The position numbers were made by a program, and so were the translations under genes. 64,000 nt of DNA. Origin: an uncultured virus (IMG/VR IMGVR_UViG_3300012009_000259). Taxonomy: Duplodnaviria; Heunggongvirae; Uroviricota; Caudoviricetes. Of this stretch, positions 17,348-27,989 are shown piece after piece. The stretch lies in the IMG/VR virus record IMGVR_UViG_3300012009_000259. One strand, written 5' to 3'. Within the stretch, counting starts at the first letter, position 1. Each line of letters begins with the position of its first letter. The notes under the pieces are model-generated. The model searched no databases. It was not told the origin of the DNA and was given only the letters and a program-made list of their open reading frames with translations.

Positions 17348-20300
17348 ATGTTATATATTCCCCTGCATGTCCACTCCACGCTTTCTACCCTAGACAGCGC
17401 AATAAAAGTAAGTGACTACGTAAATTGGGCTGTAGAACGCGGGAAGCCTGCCATAGCCCTGACCGATCATGGGAAAGGGCACGCAATTCCAGATTTCGTA
17501 TGGACAGCGCAAAAAGCAGGCGTTAAGCCTATCGTCGGGGTCGAGACTTATATAACCCCTGATTTCCCGATGACCAAAAAGGATGGTGACCACAAGACTA
17601 AGCACCACCTTGTGCTCTTGTGCAGGAATCAGGAAGGATACCGCAATCTCCTGAAAATCCTCTGCGTTTCGCAAACAGAGGGGTTCTACTACACCCCCCG
17701 CATTGATAAGGATTTTCTGAAAAAGCACTCCGCAGGCTTAATCGCTACCTCTGCCTGCATTAGTGGTGAGATCAATAGATTACTTTACGATGGCCTTAAC
17801 GAAGATATGGATGAGATCGCCTCTGAAAGTGTAGAGGCTGCACGAAAAGCAATCCGGTGGTATAAGAACGTCTTTGAAGAGGACTTCTATTTAGAAGTCC
17901 AATCCCACGGGATTGAGGGAATGGACGTGGTTTATGACGTAGTGCGCAGACTCGGAGGAGAAATGGGAGTGAAACGCATTGCTACGACTGACTCTCATTA
18001 TATATACCCTGAGGATGTGACGACACAGAGCGCATTAGCATCTATCCGCACTAAGGACGACTTAGGAGAAAGTCCGCTAGCGGTAGGCCCCACATTCCAC
18101 CTTTGGGAAGATGAGGAAATGCAGGAAGCATTCTTAGAAGATGAGTTGCAAGCGACCATCGAACTTGCCGAATCCGTAGAAGAAATTAGTATCCCCAAAG
18201 CCCCCCCCTATCACATTCCTCTGTATGGAGACAGTGAGGAGGAGGATAGGCTAACGCTTAGGAGGATGTGCGAAGAAGCACTCACCCAAAAGTATCCTGA
18301 TGCTACCCAGGGGGTAGTAGACAGGATGGAGCACGAGTTGGGGATTATTGAGGATATGCACTTTCCTTCCTACTTCTTAATTGTGGCGGACATCTGCAAG
18401 GCGAGCCGTGACATGGACTTGTTGTGGAGTGTGCGCGGCTCAGCAGCGGGGAGTCTGGTAGCATATCTCACAGGGATTACTCTGATTGACCCGCTCAAAT
18501 ACAATTTGAAGTTTGAACGGTTCTTGAACCCTGCGCGGGTAAACATGCCTGACATTGATTTAGACTACCCAGACCACGTTAGAAGTCAGATCATCGAATA
18601 CACCAAAAACAGATATGGGGATGACCACGTAGCTCACATCGGGGCGTGGGGCTACTATCTTGCTAAGAGCGCACTAAAAGACGCTGCGAGGGTTTGGAAG
18701 TTATCATTCTCAGTGGCGAATAAACTCTCCAAACTTATTCCAGACGGTCTCAACCTACGGGGGGCTATCCAGGAAGTACCTCCGTTGCGAAACCAATATA
18801 ATGCGGGAAAGGTTGCCATCGCCGTAATGGAACGAAAAGGGGAAACAGAAGCAGATGTAGCGAAGATGCTCCGCAGAGCTGCTATTGGCAGTAAGGTCGA
18901 TTACGGAGACGCCATTAGGGAAGTGGCGAATGGTAATGTCACAGTTCAGCAAGTGTTTGAGAAGTATCCTAGCCTGGAGAAGGTGGTAGATAAGAGAGCC
19001 AGAATTAACAGGATGCTAGATTTGGGATGCCAATTAGAGGGCGGCGTCAGAAACATTAGTATTCATGCTGCTGGCATACTAGTGTCAGATGTGCCACTTG
19101 ACGAGCAATTCCCGATCTTGAGGGCATCAAGTAGTAGTAGCGCAACCCTTAAGGCAGTTAGTCAGTGGCCGATGGATATTATTGACAAGATGGGTGGATT
19201 GAAGGTTGACTTCCTAGGCCTTCGAACACTCCAACATGTCCAAAGGGTGATGGAGTCCATCAGAAGGGAAACGGGGGAAGAGATGACCTTCTGGACTATC
19301 CCCGTAGAAGACGCAGATGACCCGCGCACACAAAAGGCGTATGATCTCCTGTGTACAGGTGATACGTCTGGCTGCTTCCAGGTCGAGAGCCCTGGTATGC
19401 GTGGAGCACTGCAAGACGTAAGACCCCGAAGCATCTCTGAAGTAGCTGATGTAGTTGCATTATATCGACCTGGGCCAATGGACTCAATCCCCGATTACGT
19501 AGCAGTTAAGAGAGGGGAGAAAGAGTTGGAGTGCGTACACCCCGATTTGAAACAAGTCTTAGACGAGACTCACGGGGTTTGCGTCTTCCAGGAGCAGGTC
19601 ATGCAGATTGCCCAGTTAATTGCGGGGTTCTCTGGGGCAGACGCAGACCTTCTTCGCTATGTAATCTCTAAGAAGAAGATCAAGCAAATCCCTGGGCAAA
19701 AAAGGAAGTTCATTGGTGGGGCTTTGGGGAATGGCTACACCCGTGAAGAGGCGCAAGGAATCTGGGATAGCATTACTACGTTTGCGCGTTACGGATTCAA
19801 CAAAGCACATGCCGTGAGTTATGCCTTTTTAACCGTTATCACGGCTTGGCTGAAGGCCAACTATCCGTGGCACTTTCTTGCTGAACTTATCGCTACGGAA
19901 AGCGGGGATACCGACAAAATGGGTATGCTCATTAGCGAGGCAAAAGAGCAGGGGTATGTGGTTACCCCTCCCGACATTAACAGAAGTTTAATCGAGACAC
20001 GCCTAGTCGTCGAAGGGGATGATAGACGAATTGTGCTTGGATTAAAAGAAGTAAAGCACGTAGGCAAAGCAGCCTACGAAATTGTAGAGACTCGTGGGGA
20101 TACCCCTTTTGAGGGCTTGGGAGACTTCTTGAGACGGTGCGAGTTTGAGAAAACAAATTCTCGCACTTTGAAATCACTTGCTAAAGCTGGTGCATTTGAC
20201 GAAATGGTTCCTACCCGCTCCCAGGCCATTGCTTCGGCTCAAGCGATGTCTAACTATGGGCGCAAGCACAACGGCGAAACAAGACATAGGCAACCTACTC

Positions 20301-20746
20301 TCTTCGAACATGAGGGTGATGATAAGGGCAATGGAGACAATACACCGTACTTGGTAAAAGCATATCAAGAGATGCCTATTCTTGAATTTGAGAAGGAGGT
20401 GTTGGGCACTTATGTCACAGAGCATCCATTAGACGACATCGAGCCTGAAATGGTCGCCAAGAAGGGGGCAACTCGATTATCCGACATCAAGCCCGACCAG
20501 AAAGGTAATGTTACTGTAGTGGGGCTCGTAACAAAGCGCCACGACCACAAAACCAAGAAAGGCACGCGGATGGGGTTCGTTACTCTCACCTCACCTACTG
20601 CCGAAGCCAGTATTACAGTCTGGCCCTCGACCTATAAAAATATAAGAGGGCGATTAAAAGAGGGCAACATCGTTCTTGTCGAGGGGTATTTTAATTACTA
20701 TCAAGGGCGACAGAGCATTGTCGCTGAAAGTGTTGAAGTAGTATGA
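17348..20746 (+). CDS. dnaE: DNA polymerase III alpha subunit
   Basis: PHP motifs HVHS, ALTDHG, TTDSHY; RGSAAGSL; MPDIDLD; HAAG; KVDFLGL; YGFNKAHA; C-terminal OB fold. Confidence 0.97.
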   Translation: MLYIPLHVHSTLSTLDSAIKVSDYVNWAVERGKPAIALTDHGKGHAIPDFVWTAQKAGVKPIVGVETYITPDFPMTKKDGDHKTKHHLVLLCRNQEGYRNLLKILCVSQTEGFYYTPRIDKDFLKKHSAGLIATSACISGEINRLLYDGLNEDMDEIASESVEAARKAIRWYKNVFEEDFYLEVQSHGIEGMDVVYDVVRRLGGEMGVKRIATTDSHYIYPEDVTTQSALASIRTKDDLGESPLAVGPTFHLWEDEEMQEAFLEDELQATIELAESVEEISIPKAPPYHIPLYGDSEEEDRLTLRRMCEEALTQKYPDATQGVVDRMEHELGIIEDMHFPSYFLIVADICKASRDMDLLWSVRGSAAGSLVAYLTGITLIDPLKYNLKFERFLNPARVNMPDIDLDYPDHVRSQIIEYTKNRYGDDHVAHIGAWGYYLAKSALKDAARVWKLSFSVANKLSKLIPDGLNLRGAIQEVPPLRNQYNAGKVAIAVMERKGETEADVAKMLRRAAIGSKVDYGDAIREVANGNVTVQQVFEKYPSLEKVVDKRARINRMLDLGCQLEGGVRNISIHAAGILVSDVPLDEQFPILRASSSSSATLKAVSQWPMDIIDKMGGLKVDFLGLRTLQHVQRVMESIRRETGEEMTFWTIPVEDADDPRTQKAYDLLCTGDTSGCFQVESPGMRGALQDVRPRSISEVADVVALYRPGPMDSIPDYVAVKRGEKELECVHPDLKQVLDETHGVCVFQEQVMQIAQLIAGFSGADADLLRYVISKKKIKQIPGQKRKFIGGALGNGYTREEAQGIWDSITTFARYGFNKAHAVSYAFLTVITAWLKANYPWHFLAELIATESGDTDKMGMLISEAKEQGYVVTPPDINRSLIETRLVVEGDDRRIVLGLKEVKHVGKAAYEIVETRGDTPFEGLGDFLRRCEFEKTNSRTLKSLAKAGAFDEMVPTRSQAIASAQAMSNYGRKHNGETRHRQPTLFEHEGDDKGNGDNTPYLVKAYQEMPILEFEKEVLGTYVTEHPLDDIEPEMVAKKGATRLSDIKPDQKGNVTVVGLVTKRHDHKTKKGTRMGFVTLTSPTAEASITVWPSTYKNIRGRLKEGNIVLVEGYFNYYQGRQSIVAESVEVV

Positions 20747-20764
20747 TAGCAAGGAGGTGTAATA

Positions 20765-21415
20765 ATGGAGACGAAGATATTAAACATGGGGTGGGGAGCT
20801 AAGACTCTGCGGACAATAGCCAGGGTCGGGGTTCCGATAGGGTACAATCAGTGCGCCGTTGAGCTTTGCGGATTACCCACTTATATTAGGGGGCACTCGT
20901 CGGATTGGGCGCAGCAGCCCCCCCGATTTAAGGCAATGGTTCCAGAGAGAAGCATCACGCACAGGGGCGGTGAAGCCTACATGAATCTAAGTTTCGTAAA
21001 ACTATTTACTCTAGGGGGCGTTCAAGTAAGGCCCCAGAATATAGACTTCCCAATCTATACTCTTCCTGAAGTGGGAGATTTGATGTTGGGGAGACTGCCT
21101 CACGGTATGGGGTGGGATAGATACATCCTCCTCAGCCCCATCCAGATGGATAATTCGCAGGACAATACCGTTGTATTCCGCGTGTATGTCTTAAGAAATG
21201 AACACTTAAAAGACAAGATTCTGGCAGAGGTGTACCCTGAGTCAGTTATTGCCTATCCTAGGGGGGAAGCAATCAGAGATACGGCAAAGGCTACGCTTTC
21301 CGATCTGACATCAAAAGGGAAAGAGGTTCCAGCCCTGGTTGCTGCGACGCTGAAGGAACTCTCAAAAAGAGGGAAAGTATCCAAAGAAACGCTGGACGAT
21401 ATTCTTTCGGCATGA
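20765..21415 (+). CDS. hypothetical protein
   Basis: 216-aa ORF, RBS aaggaggt. Confidence 0.7.
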   Translation: METKILNMGWGAKTLRTIARVGVPIGYNQCAVELCGLPTYIRGHSSDWAQQPPRFKAMVPERSITHRGGEAYMNLSFVKLFTLGGVQVRPQNIDFPIYTLPEVGDLMLGRLPHGMGWDRYILLSPIQMDNSQDNTVVFRVYVLRNEHLKDKILAEVYPESVIAYPRGEAIRDTAKATLSDLTSKGKEVPALVAATLKELSKRGKVSKETLDDILSA

Positions 21416-21432
21416 CAACACCCTTTTCGGGG

Positions 21433-21468
21433 AGGCCCCCTCTTTTTCTTGAGGGGGCCTTTGTTTTT
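21433..21468. terminator. hairpin terminator between convergent genes
   Basis: aggccccctc / gagggggcct followed by a T tract. Confidence 0.65.
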
Positions 21469-22751
21469 TATCTACCCCCGTACGTAGGGTCAATGCAGTA
21501 CATTCTAGCATCGTGCTTAAACCTCTTCCAACGTTCACTTCGCCTATGCATGCTTGAAGCGAAAGGTGTTAGTGTCTTGATGCTAAATACAGGCACATCT
21601 CCTTTGAAGGCGACCAAAACTCCGTCTAACCTCGGCACGTTTGGCACTGCCCGAATATCTGGGTGATTAACGTTATATTGTGAATGGCTGGAGTGTCGAT
21701 ATTTCAATTCCCTTATTCGGCTCGCACCTACACGCCTTGCACACCAGTATACTTTTCTGGCGTCCACAAGCCCATACCTACTGGGGTCGAAGTCGTAATG
21801 GTAATACAAGACTTTCTCAAAAGCGGAAGAGTGGTATCCCCCCAAATCCTCTGCAAACTGAATACCCCCTAGCCACGCGACCACTCCCCCAATGCGCTTA
21901 TCTGTAATCTCTTTCCAAATCGCTTTCATCCTTTCAGGGGCAATGCTCTTGTGCGTATCACCCCGACCAGTTTTTTTACCTCTAAGGTTGTCGGCATACC
22001 CATTGGGAAGATGGCTGGCATCAATTATGATCACTCCGTCACTGACGAAGCGCCCCTTTGGGGTTGCAGAATTTCCCCACACAGACCTAATGCTCGTCCC
22101 CTTTAGATTCCCCTCGATGGTCGCAACTGATTGCATTCTGCCTATATTAACTTTTCCAGGATTATCTTCGTAGAATTTTAAGTACTTCAGAACTCTTCGG
22201 TTAATTTCGGAAAGTTCCTCTTTTTGCCTTATGGCCTTCTCTATCTCTTCTGGCAAGTGTTGGGGTCTTACCCCAAAGAACCTACAGAAGGTGGCCGTAG
22301 CCGCATAGATTTCCTTCCGCCCCCTAATTCTGCGTATCCTCTTTTCGTTCCCTTCAATCATCTTACGAACTATGCTGATATTTTTGGGGACTTCACTGTA
22401 CTCAATAGCATACACCTTTCTGCGTAGTTCCTGATCAGACTCCACAAAAACATAAACTTCCATAGACCCAATATCGGGATCGCTGGAGTTCGCTCTCCTG
22501 ACTAAGTAAAGAACCCTCTCCAGTATTTTCCTGGCATCCTCGCCCCCCCCGTATGATCGGTGCGTATAGTTGCTAAATAGATCAGATATGCTTACTTCTA
22601 AATCAAGACCACAAAGGATATATTCCGCAACTGCGACTACTCCGTATACCATCCTCGAATAGGTGTGTCCCTTTCCTCGTTCCGCACCTCTTTCAAAGAT
22701 AGGCCTCAACTGTTCCCACTTATCATCTGAAATATGCTCTTGCTCCCACAT
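21468..22751 (-). CDS. hypothetical protein; C-terminal half resembles 62020-62511
   Basis: 427-aa ORF. Confidence 0.7.
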   Translation of the reverse strand: MWEQEHISDDKWEQLRPIFERGAERGKGHTYSRMVYGVVAVAEYILCGLDLEVSISDLFSNYTHRSYGGGEDARKILERVLYLVRRANSSDPDIGSMEVYVFVESDQELRRKVYAIEYSEVPKNISIVRKMIEGNEKRIRRIRGRKEIYAATATFCRFFGVRPQHLPEEIEKAIRQKEELSEINRRVLKYLKFYEDNPGKVNIGRMQSVATIEGNLKGTSIRSVWGNSATPKGRFVSDGVIIIDASHLPNGYADNLRGKKTGRGDTHKSIAPERMKAIWKEITDKRIGGVVAWLGGIQFAEDLGGYHSSAFEKVLYYHYDFDPSRYGLVDARKVYWCARRVGASRIRELKYRHSSHSQYNVNHPDIRAVPNVPRLDGVLVAFKGDVPVFSIKTLTPFASSMHRRSERWKRFKHDARMYCIDPTYGGR

Positions 22752-22883
22752 GAGTCCCCCTTAATCTTTGGCCGTATGTTGTCTGATATATTTTACGCCA
22801 ATGGCAATAGGCCACTTATGTCTACACGGAACATAATAGGGTGTGTAAAACGTCTAAAGAGTAGAGACTAACAGGAGGGAAAG

Positions 22884-24185
22884 ATGAAACGTATACTTTT
22901 TACGGTGCTCGTGATAATCTTGCTTTCAGGATGTGCTAATATGTCAGGGACGGCCACGTCAGAAACGCCATACGGGGGAGTTCCCGCTGAGCGTTATAGG
23001 CCTAGAGAGGAAAATAGCCCTCTTGAAGACTTCAAGAGGGGCGAACCAGAGGTGACAGATAATCCCGTTGATGAGGTAGAACTCTCCGAGGGAAAAGAGG
23101 TGTTCAGCGAACCTACTCCAGGGCCAGCCCTAGATAGAACCGAAGAGCCTCCCCCCAACGACTCTGCTTATGAGCGCATCTCTGAAGAGCAACTAAGAGA
23201 ACAGGCTAGCGCCCTGTTGCTAGCCGGCTATAATGACAGCTGGGAAGACTTCTTGGATTACAGAGGGCAAAACGCTGAGATTACCCCCCCTGCCCATCGC
23301 CTTGACTTTGATCATAGGGTAATGCTTAAGGCTGTAAATGACGACGAAAACCCCGTTGCTAATTATCCTGTGTCGGTAACAAACGGGAACCAGAAGGTTA
23401 CTGAGGGAGTCACTTACGCGACAGGCAATTTCCCCTACTACTGCTATGAAGGAACAAGGCATAAGGCACGCTTAGGAAAGAAGGTGGTAGACTTCGAGTG
23501 TGCTGGTGAAACAGTAGAAGTCAGTGTTGGAGAAGCAAAACCCACCACCAAAATAGACCTACTCTTTCTCATAGACTCAACAGGCAGCATGAGTGACGAG
23601 ATCAAAGACTTGCAGTCCAATGTAGATAACGTAGCCTCTTTAATATCAGAGGGGATAAGCGATGTGAGATATGGTTTTGTCACCTATAGGGACACGGGGG
23701 ACGCCTATCTGACAAGATCATCAGATTTTACTAACGTCGAATCTTTTCGCAGTGACTTGCGCCAGCTAAGCGCCTCTGGTGGGGGGGATACACCAGAGTC
23801 AATGAGTGTGGGAATGCAGGTAGCCTTGGAACAATCTTGGCGTGAAGACGCTATAAGGTTGGTCATCCTGATCGCCGATGCACCACCTCATGAGAGGGCC
23901 TATTTTAATAGAATTCTAGACTCTCTTGAGCAGGGGATAAAGTTCTATACCGTAGCTGCTTCAGGGCTAGATGCCGGTTATGGTGAGTTCATATTCAGGC
24001 AGATCGCAGCTCTCACAGAAGGGAAGTTCGTTTTTCTTACCTACGAAGATGCGCATTCCCCCACTGAGCCAGGGGGAGAGAGCGTCCACAACGTAGAGGA
24101 TTACACCGTAGGAAGATTAGATGTCCTTTTGGTGCGACTTATTGAAGATGAAATCGCTCACCAGATGTGGGGTACTCAACAATGA
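22884..24185 (+). CDS. vWA-domain lipoprotein
   Basis: lipobox LLSGC; DLLFLIDSTGSM MIDAS motif; GGGDTPES; ILIADAPPH. Confidence 0.9.
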   Translation: MKRILFTVLVIILLSGCANMSGTATSETPYGGVPAERYRPREENSPLEDFKRGEPEVTDNPVDEVELSEGKEVFSEPTPGPALDRTEEPPPNDSAYERISEEQLREQASALLLAGYNDSWEDFLDYRGQNAEITPPAHRLDFDHRVMLKAVNDDENPVANYPVSVTNGNQKVTEGVTYATGNFPYYCYEGTRHKARLGKKVVDFECAGETVEVSVGEAKPTTKIDLLFLIDSTGSMSDEIKDLQSNVDNVASLISEGISDVRYGFVTYRDTGDAYLTRSSDFTNVESFRSDLRQLSASGGGDTPESMSVGMQVALEQSWREDAIRLVILIADAPPHERAYFNRILDSLEQGIKFYTVAASGLDAGYGEFIFRQIAALTEGKFVFLTYEDAHSPTEPGGESVHNVEDYTVGRLDVLLVRLIEDEIAHQMWGTQQ

Positions 24186-24331
24186 AAAAGAGGGGGGATG
24201 CTTATACATATAAGATTACCATAAGCCCAAGGGGGGGGTTCCCCCACGATACGGATTTGAGTATTACGGAGAAAGCAGGCTACCGAGCAACCTGCGTTAT
24301 GCTCTTGTAGAAATGGGGGCACTTCAGCCGA

Positions 24332-24577
24332 TCACACCATGAAAGGAGGGGGCTTATTTGCCCCCTCTTTTACGTATAAGTTTCTCAGGACAAGTATAAA
24401 AAAGGCTGCCGTCTCTTCGTTTATCATCCTGATAATGTCGCTACAGACTGTGAGCGCAAACGAGTAGCACACCGCAAACAAGAGCCCTATAACCAGCAAG
24501 ATAAGCGCCCCCCGCAGAATATCGTCTATCATCTCCCCTCCTGTAGGATATGGCAAAGCGTCTATATTATACATCAT
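24332..24577 (-). CDS. small membrane protein
   Basis: hydrophobic helix; start probably at MIDD. Confidence 0.45.
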   Translation of the reverse strand: MMYNIDALPYPTGGEMIDDILRGALILLVIGLLFAVCYSFALTVCSDIIRMINEETAAFFILVLRNLYVKEGANKPPPFMV

Positions 24578-24655
24578 CTGATAGTAGCGAAAAATTTTCA
24601 GGAATCCACATGTATAATGAACTAACAGCAGGCATAAGAATAACTGGGGGGGGAG

Positions 24656-25372
24656 ATGAAGGAGACACCTGAATACATATATAGATTGATGACATGGGCT
24701 GTGGACATTATTGCCCCACTAGGGGGGTATAACAGAGGGGTAGAGTTTGAGATCACGTCAGGGGGGAGTGATCTACGATTGAGAGTCTGCTTGAGCAATG
24801 TCTGCTACACATGGGTCAAGGGGGATGAGGTCGCAGTACAGGACTACATGCAAAACCTCACTCAGACAGGGAGCCATCTAAGAGATGTGGAATACTTATC
24901 GCCTCATGTCATAGACAAGGCCAAGGAGTCCGGCTGGAGATTAGCTGGCATTGGCAGGCATGGTGAGGTCTCTTACAGAAATGCTCTTTTCCTAAGAGAA
25001 GCAACAAGTGTCTCCTTGCAAAGCATTACCGTAGGAACATACGGTTTCATGTGGAATGATCTGCGCCATAAGGAGACTTACCATACAGTTGCCTCGTCTC
25101 CCGTGACCTTCCTTTTCGGCAATGTGCTCAGACTAACCAAATGGAGGCCAGGGGTAATTATAGAGTTCAAGTTTGAGGAAGATGACCACCTCTTCTACTT
25201 GACTAATTCCAGAGGAGTATGGGTATTAGTTCGCAAGGGGGCAGGCAACAAGATTACACCTGAGATTAAGCAACCTAATCTAGCTACATTTTGCGCATAT
25301 ATACAGGACAAGATTGTGCCTCATACAGGAGCAAGGATTGAGTACCTAAGGACGAATGGGGGAATATCGTGA
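24656..25372 (+). CDS. hypothetical protein
   Basis: 238-aa ORF after GTATAAT and a G-rich RBS. Confidence 0.7.
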   Translation: MKETPEYIYRLMTWAVDIIAPLGGYNRGVEFEITSGGSDLRLRVCLSNVCYTWVKGDEVAVQDYMQNLTQTGSHLRDVEYLSPHVIDKAKESGWRLAGIGRHGEVSYRNALFLREATSVSLQSITVGTYGFMWNDLRHKETYHTVASSPVTFLFGNVLRLTKWRPGVIIEFKFEEDDHLFYLTNSRGVWVLVRKGAGNKITPEIKQPNLATFCAYIQDKIVPHTGARIEYLRTNGGIS

Positions 25373-25414
25373 TCAACCTACGGATGGGCCGAGCAATTCT
25401 ACTGCCGAGTAGAT

Positions 25415-25600
25415 ATGGCTCATTGCCCAAGTGAGGTAATAATATCTCACAATGGGACAGGCTGGGGTATGGCAGTGAAGCAAGAAGGCCATGCCGCTTC
25501 AGACAAAGACATAGCCATGTCTATCGCGGCTTACGCCCTGTGCCGTATGGCAGAACAACGAGGGCGTATTAAATACGGCACTATATGGACGCCTGCCTAA
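25415..25600 (+). CDS. small hypothetical protein
   Basis: short ORF downstream of 24656-25372. Confidence 0.4.
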   Translation: MAHCPSEVIISHNGTGWGMAVKQEGHAASDKDIAMSIAAYALCRMAEQRGRIKYGTIWTPA

Positions 25601-25620
25601 GGAGATGGGGTGTAGCGTAT

Positions 25621-26153
25621 CTAGTTTCGTGGTGCCCTCGGAGTCCCAAGAGGGATGACAAATGCGTAAGCCTCCTCTTTAAGTAGGTGGAGGTGCTTGT
25701 TATATCCTGCTCTTTTCATCTCCGAGGATATGATAGTTTGTGCCCTATCTGTTCTGCCTCTTATGCCGACACGTACTGCTATTGCCCCGCTTTGAGCAAC
25801 CCACACTATGTTGGGCCACCCGTCTATGTCAGGGGGCCATATTAGCACCTCTGGGGTCTCGCAAGGGCATGAGCCTCTTATAGTTTTGGTGCTCGCCTTC
25901 TCAAAGAATCCCATGAAGAAATCAAAGCCAGGAATCTTAGTGGCATTACTGCGTATGCAACGTCTGTCTTGAGTATGGCAGCAGAAGCGCCAGAATTCTT
26001 CCTCTGTTATCTCAGCACTGTAACTATGGAGTAGGGTGACCTCTCCGTCTGGGGCGTCAGCGACCAGATATAGATTTTCATCATCCCTCCGCTCTGCCCA
26101 GGCATTCAGGCATGACCTGATCTCCTCCGGCGTATGGGATTGTTTCGTATCAT
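25621..26153 (-). pseudogene. hypothetical gene with an apparent 1-nt frameshift just after its start codon
   Basis: aggagg RBS and ATG near 26153 are out of frame with the long open frame DTKQSHTPEEIRSCL... that runs into ORF 25621-25914. Confidence 0.5.
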
Positions 26154-26162
26154 CTTATCCTC

Positions 26163-26525
26163 CTAATCTCTCCAGTTGCCGCCTGTGTAGGCACCAACTC
26201 CATAAGCTTCTGATCTGTACCCACACCACAGGCTGTATACGAACTGCACAGTATCAAATGCAGCGTCCCTATAATCTGTTATTTTATGGCCTTTGGTTTG
26301 GATAACTATATTGCCATCCTCAAGCTCTTTGATTTCCCCTGCTGATAGCCAATCCTTAGGGAACACTATACAATTGCCACCATAGGGATGCTCTCTACGT
26401 CTGTCCATCTTTTCGAGTATTGTGTCTTTGCCCATTTTAATAAGAGCAGAAAACAAGACCTCCTCTCGCACGTTCCTACGGAGTCTTATGACCTGTATTG
26501 CCTCGTGCTTGAAGTTCTTGCGCAT
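26163..26525 (-). CDS. hypothetical protein
   Basis: 120-aa ORF, RBS ggggag. Confidence 0.6.
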   Translation of the reverse strand: MRKNFKHEAIQVIRLRRNVREEVLFSALIKMGKDTILEKMDRRREHPYGGNCIVFPKDWLSAGEIKELEDGNIVIQTKGHKITDYRDAAFDTVQFVYSLWCGYRSEAYGVGAYTGGNWRD

Positions 26526-26592
26526 ATCACTCCCCCTTTTTCAATACAACCTTCATAGCGCCCATCCGTACAAATCTTGAGAAGCCTATGTT

Positions 26593-26976
26593 CTAGTGAA
26601 ACATCCCCTCTCTATAGTACCCCTCATATCTCTTGATGGGGCTTTTGTCAATTGCTTTATCCTGGGCTCCATTCATATACAACGCCTGGCGATATGGTTC
26701 TGATAGATCATCTCCGGCAAGTATGCGCATAGCAACGGTAGTTAAGATGCTGCGTCCACCTGTTGAATAATAGGGATGTTCCTGGAACTTCTTTCCGACG
26801 TTTGTCAGCCTAATATATATATTGCCGTTGTGCTTTATGGCTAAAACAAGCGGCTCCAAATGCATATCAGTAATCATCACGCTCATCTGCCCCTCGCTCT
26901 CTGGCGCAGAGAATGGGGGGGTGTAAAATCGTCTTCGATCATATAGCAGATACACTCTCTTTCCTTTACCTGGCAT
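26593..26976 (-). CDS. hypothetical protein
   Basis: 127-aa ORF, RBS aaggag. Confidence 0.6.
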   Translation of the reverse strand: MPGKGKRVYLLYDRRRFYTPPFSAPESEGQMSVMITDMHLEPLVLAIKHNGNIYIRLTNVGKKFQEHPYYSTGGRSILTTVAMRILAGDDLSEPYRQALYMNGAQDKAIDKSPIKRYEGYYREGMFH

Positions 26977-27221
26977 TTCTTACTCTCCTTTGTGCCTAAA
27001 AGCAATCATCACAGACATCACCGCCGCCGGTGGTAAACATTGCACCATCAAAATTGTGTGATGCCCCACATCGCTGACAGACGGTATCCGTTTCCATTAG
27101 CCCCTGTTCTCGCTTGATAGCTTTCTGCGATGGTACTTGTGGAAGGCTTTGGTTACGATTGATACCGCCGATTCCCAATCCACTTCTGTCAAAATCATAG
27201 TTTTTCTGCGTTATTTTAATC

Positions 27222-27989
27222 CTACAAGTCGCTTAGGTATTCTTGATCAAATCGCCTACAAGTTTCCTTATCCCATCCACGACGATTAGACTTATAATCA
27301 ACATAACCGATGTAATAGCCCATCTTGTAGGCACTCACATCACCCCCCTCTTCAATTGCTTCTCCCATATATTCAAGGCCACGAGCATGATCTACCCGCC
27401 CCTGCCAGAGCCCCATTTGATACTCACGGCAGTACTTCATGTTGGAAAGAATCCAATCCCGCTTTGCTAACCCCCAACCCCGCGTTTTGCCGCCGTGGCG
27501 CTTGGCCCACCGAACCTTAGATTCCTCATCCGATGGCATCGGGCTTCTCTGCTCAAACTTATCCCATCGACGGATTTGCGACTTTGTTGGATGGTATCTT
27601 TTTCGCCTCATGTTAAGGATGCGGAGGTATCTGCGCCCCGCATAGGCAGCAAGCACTTCTCCGCTACGGTAGTTGCGCTTAACGTCGATAGTTTTACCAC
27701 CTGTCTCAGCAATAAGGGTTGCCCTTTGAATATCTCCAGGTTCTATAGCTTCTACTGTCCAATCCTGAGTACATCCACGCATAAGCGCCTTGGCATCAGT
27801 CAAGAAGTCGGTATCGACACCAGATATATTATAACAGACATTGTGGCATATATATAGATGTCCAGCATTACTCTCGTACAGACTTACAACCATGCTGCCT
27901 TCCTTTTGGCATCTTCCTGTCGCACTCATACTAATGTTATCTATGTTTTTCTCTGTTGCCTTAGACGCCTTGCGCATCTGGCGAGCCAC
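27222..27989 (-). CDS. hypothetical protein (start probably internal)
   Basis: 255-aa ORF. Confidence 0.55.
   Translation of the reverse strand: MARQMRKASKATEKNIDNISMSATGRCQKEGSMVVSLYESNAGHLYICHNVCYNISGVDTDFLTDAKALMRGCTQDWTVEAIEPGDIQRATLIAETGGKTIDVKRNYRSGEVLAAYAGRRYLRILNMRRKRYHPTKSQIRRWDKFEQRSPMPSDEESKVRWAKRHGGKTRGWGLAKRDWILSNMKYCREYQMGLWQGRVDHARGLEYMGEAIEEGGDVSAYKMGYYIGYVDYKSNRRGWDKETCRRFDQEYLSDL

Noticed and set aside
18790..19000. Intein in DnaE
   Set aside because: No intein terminal residues or LAGLIDADG motifs, and the insert is too short.
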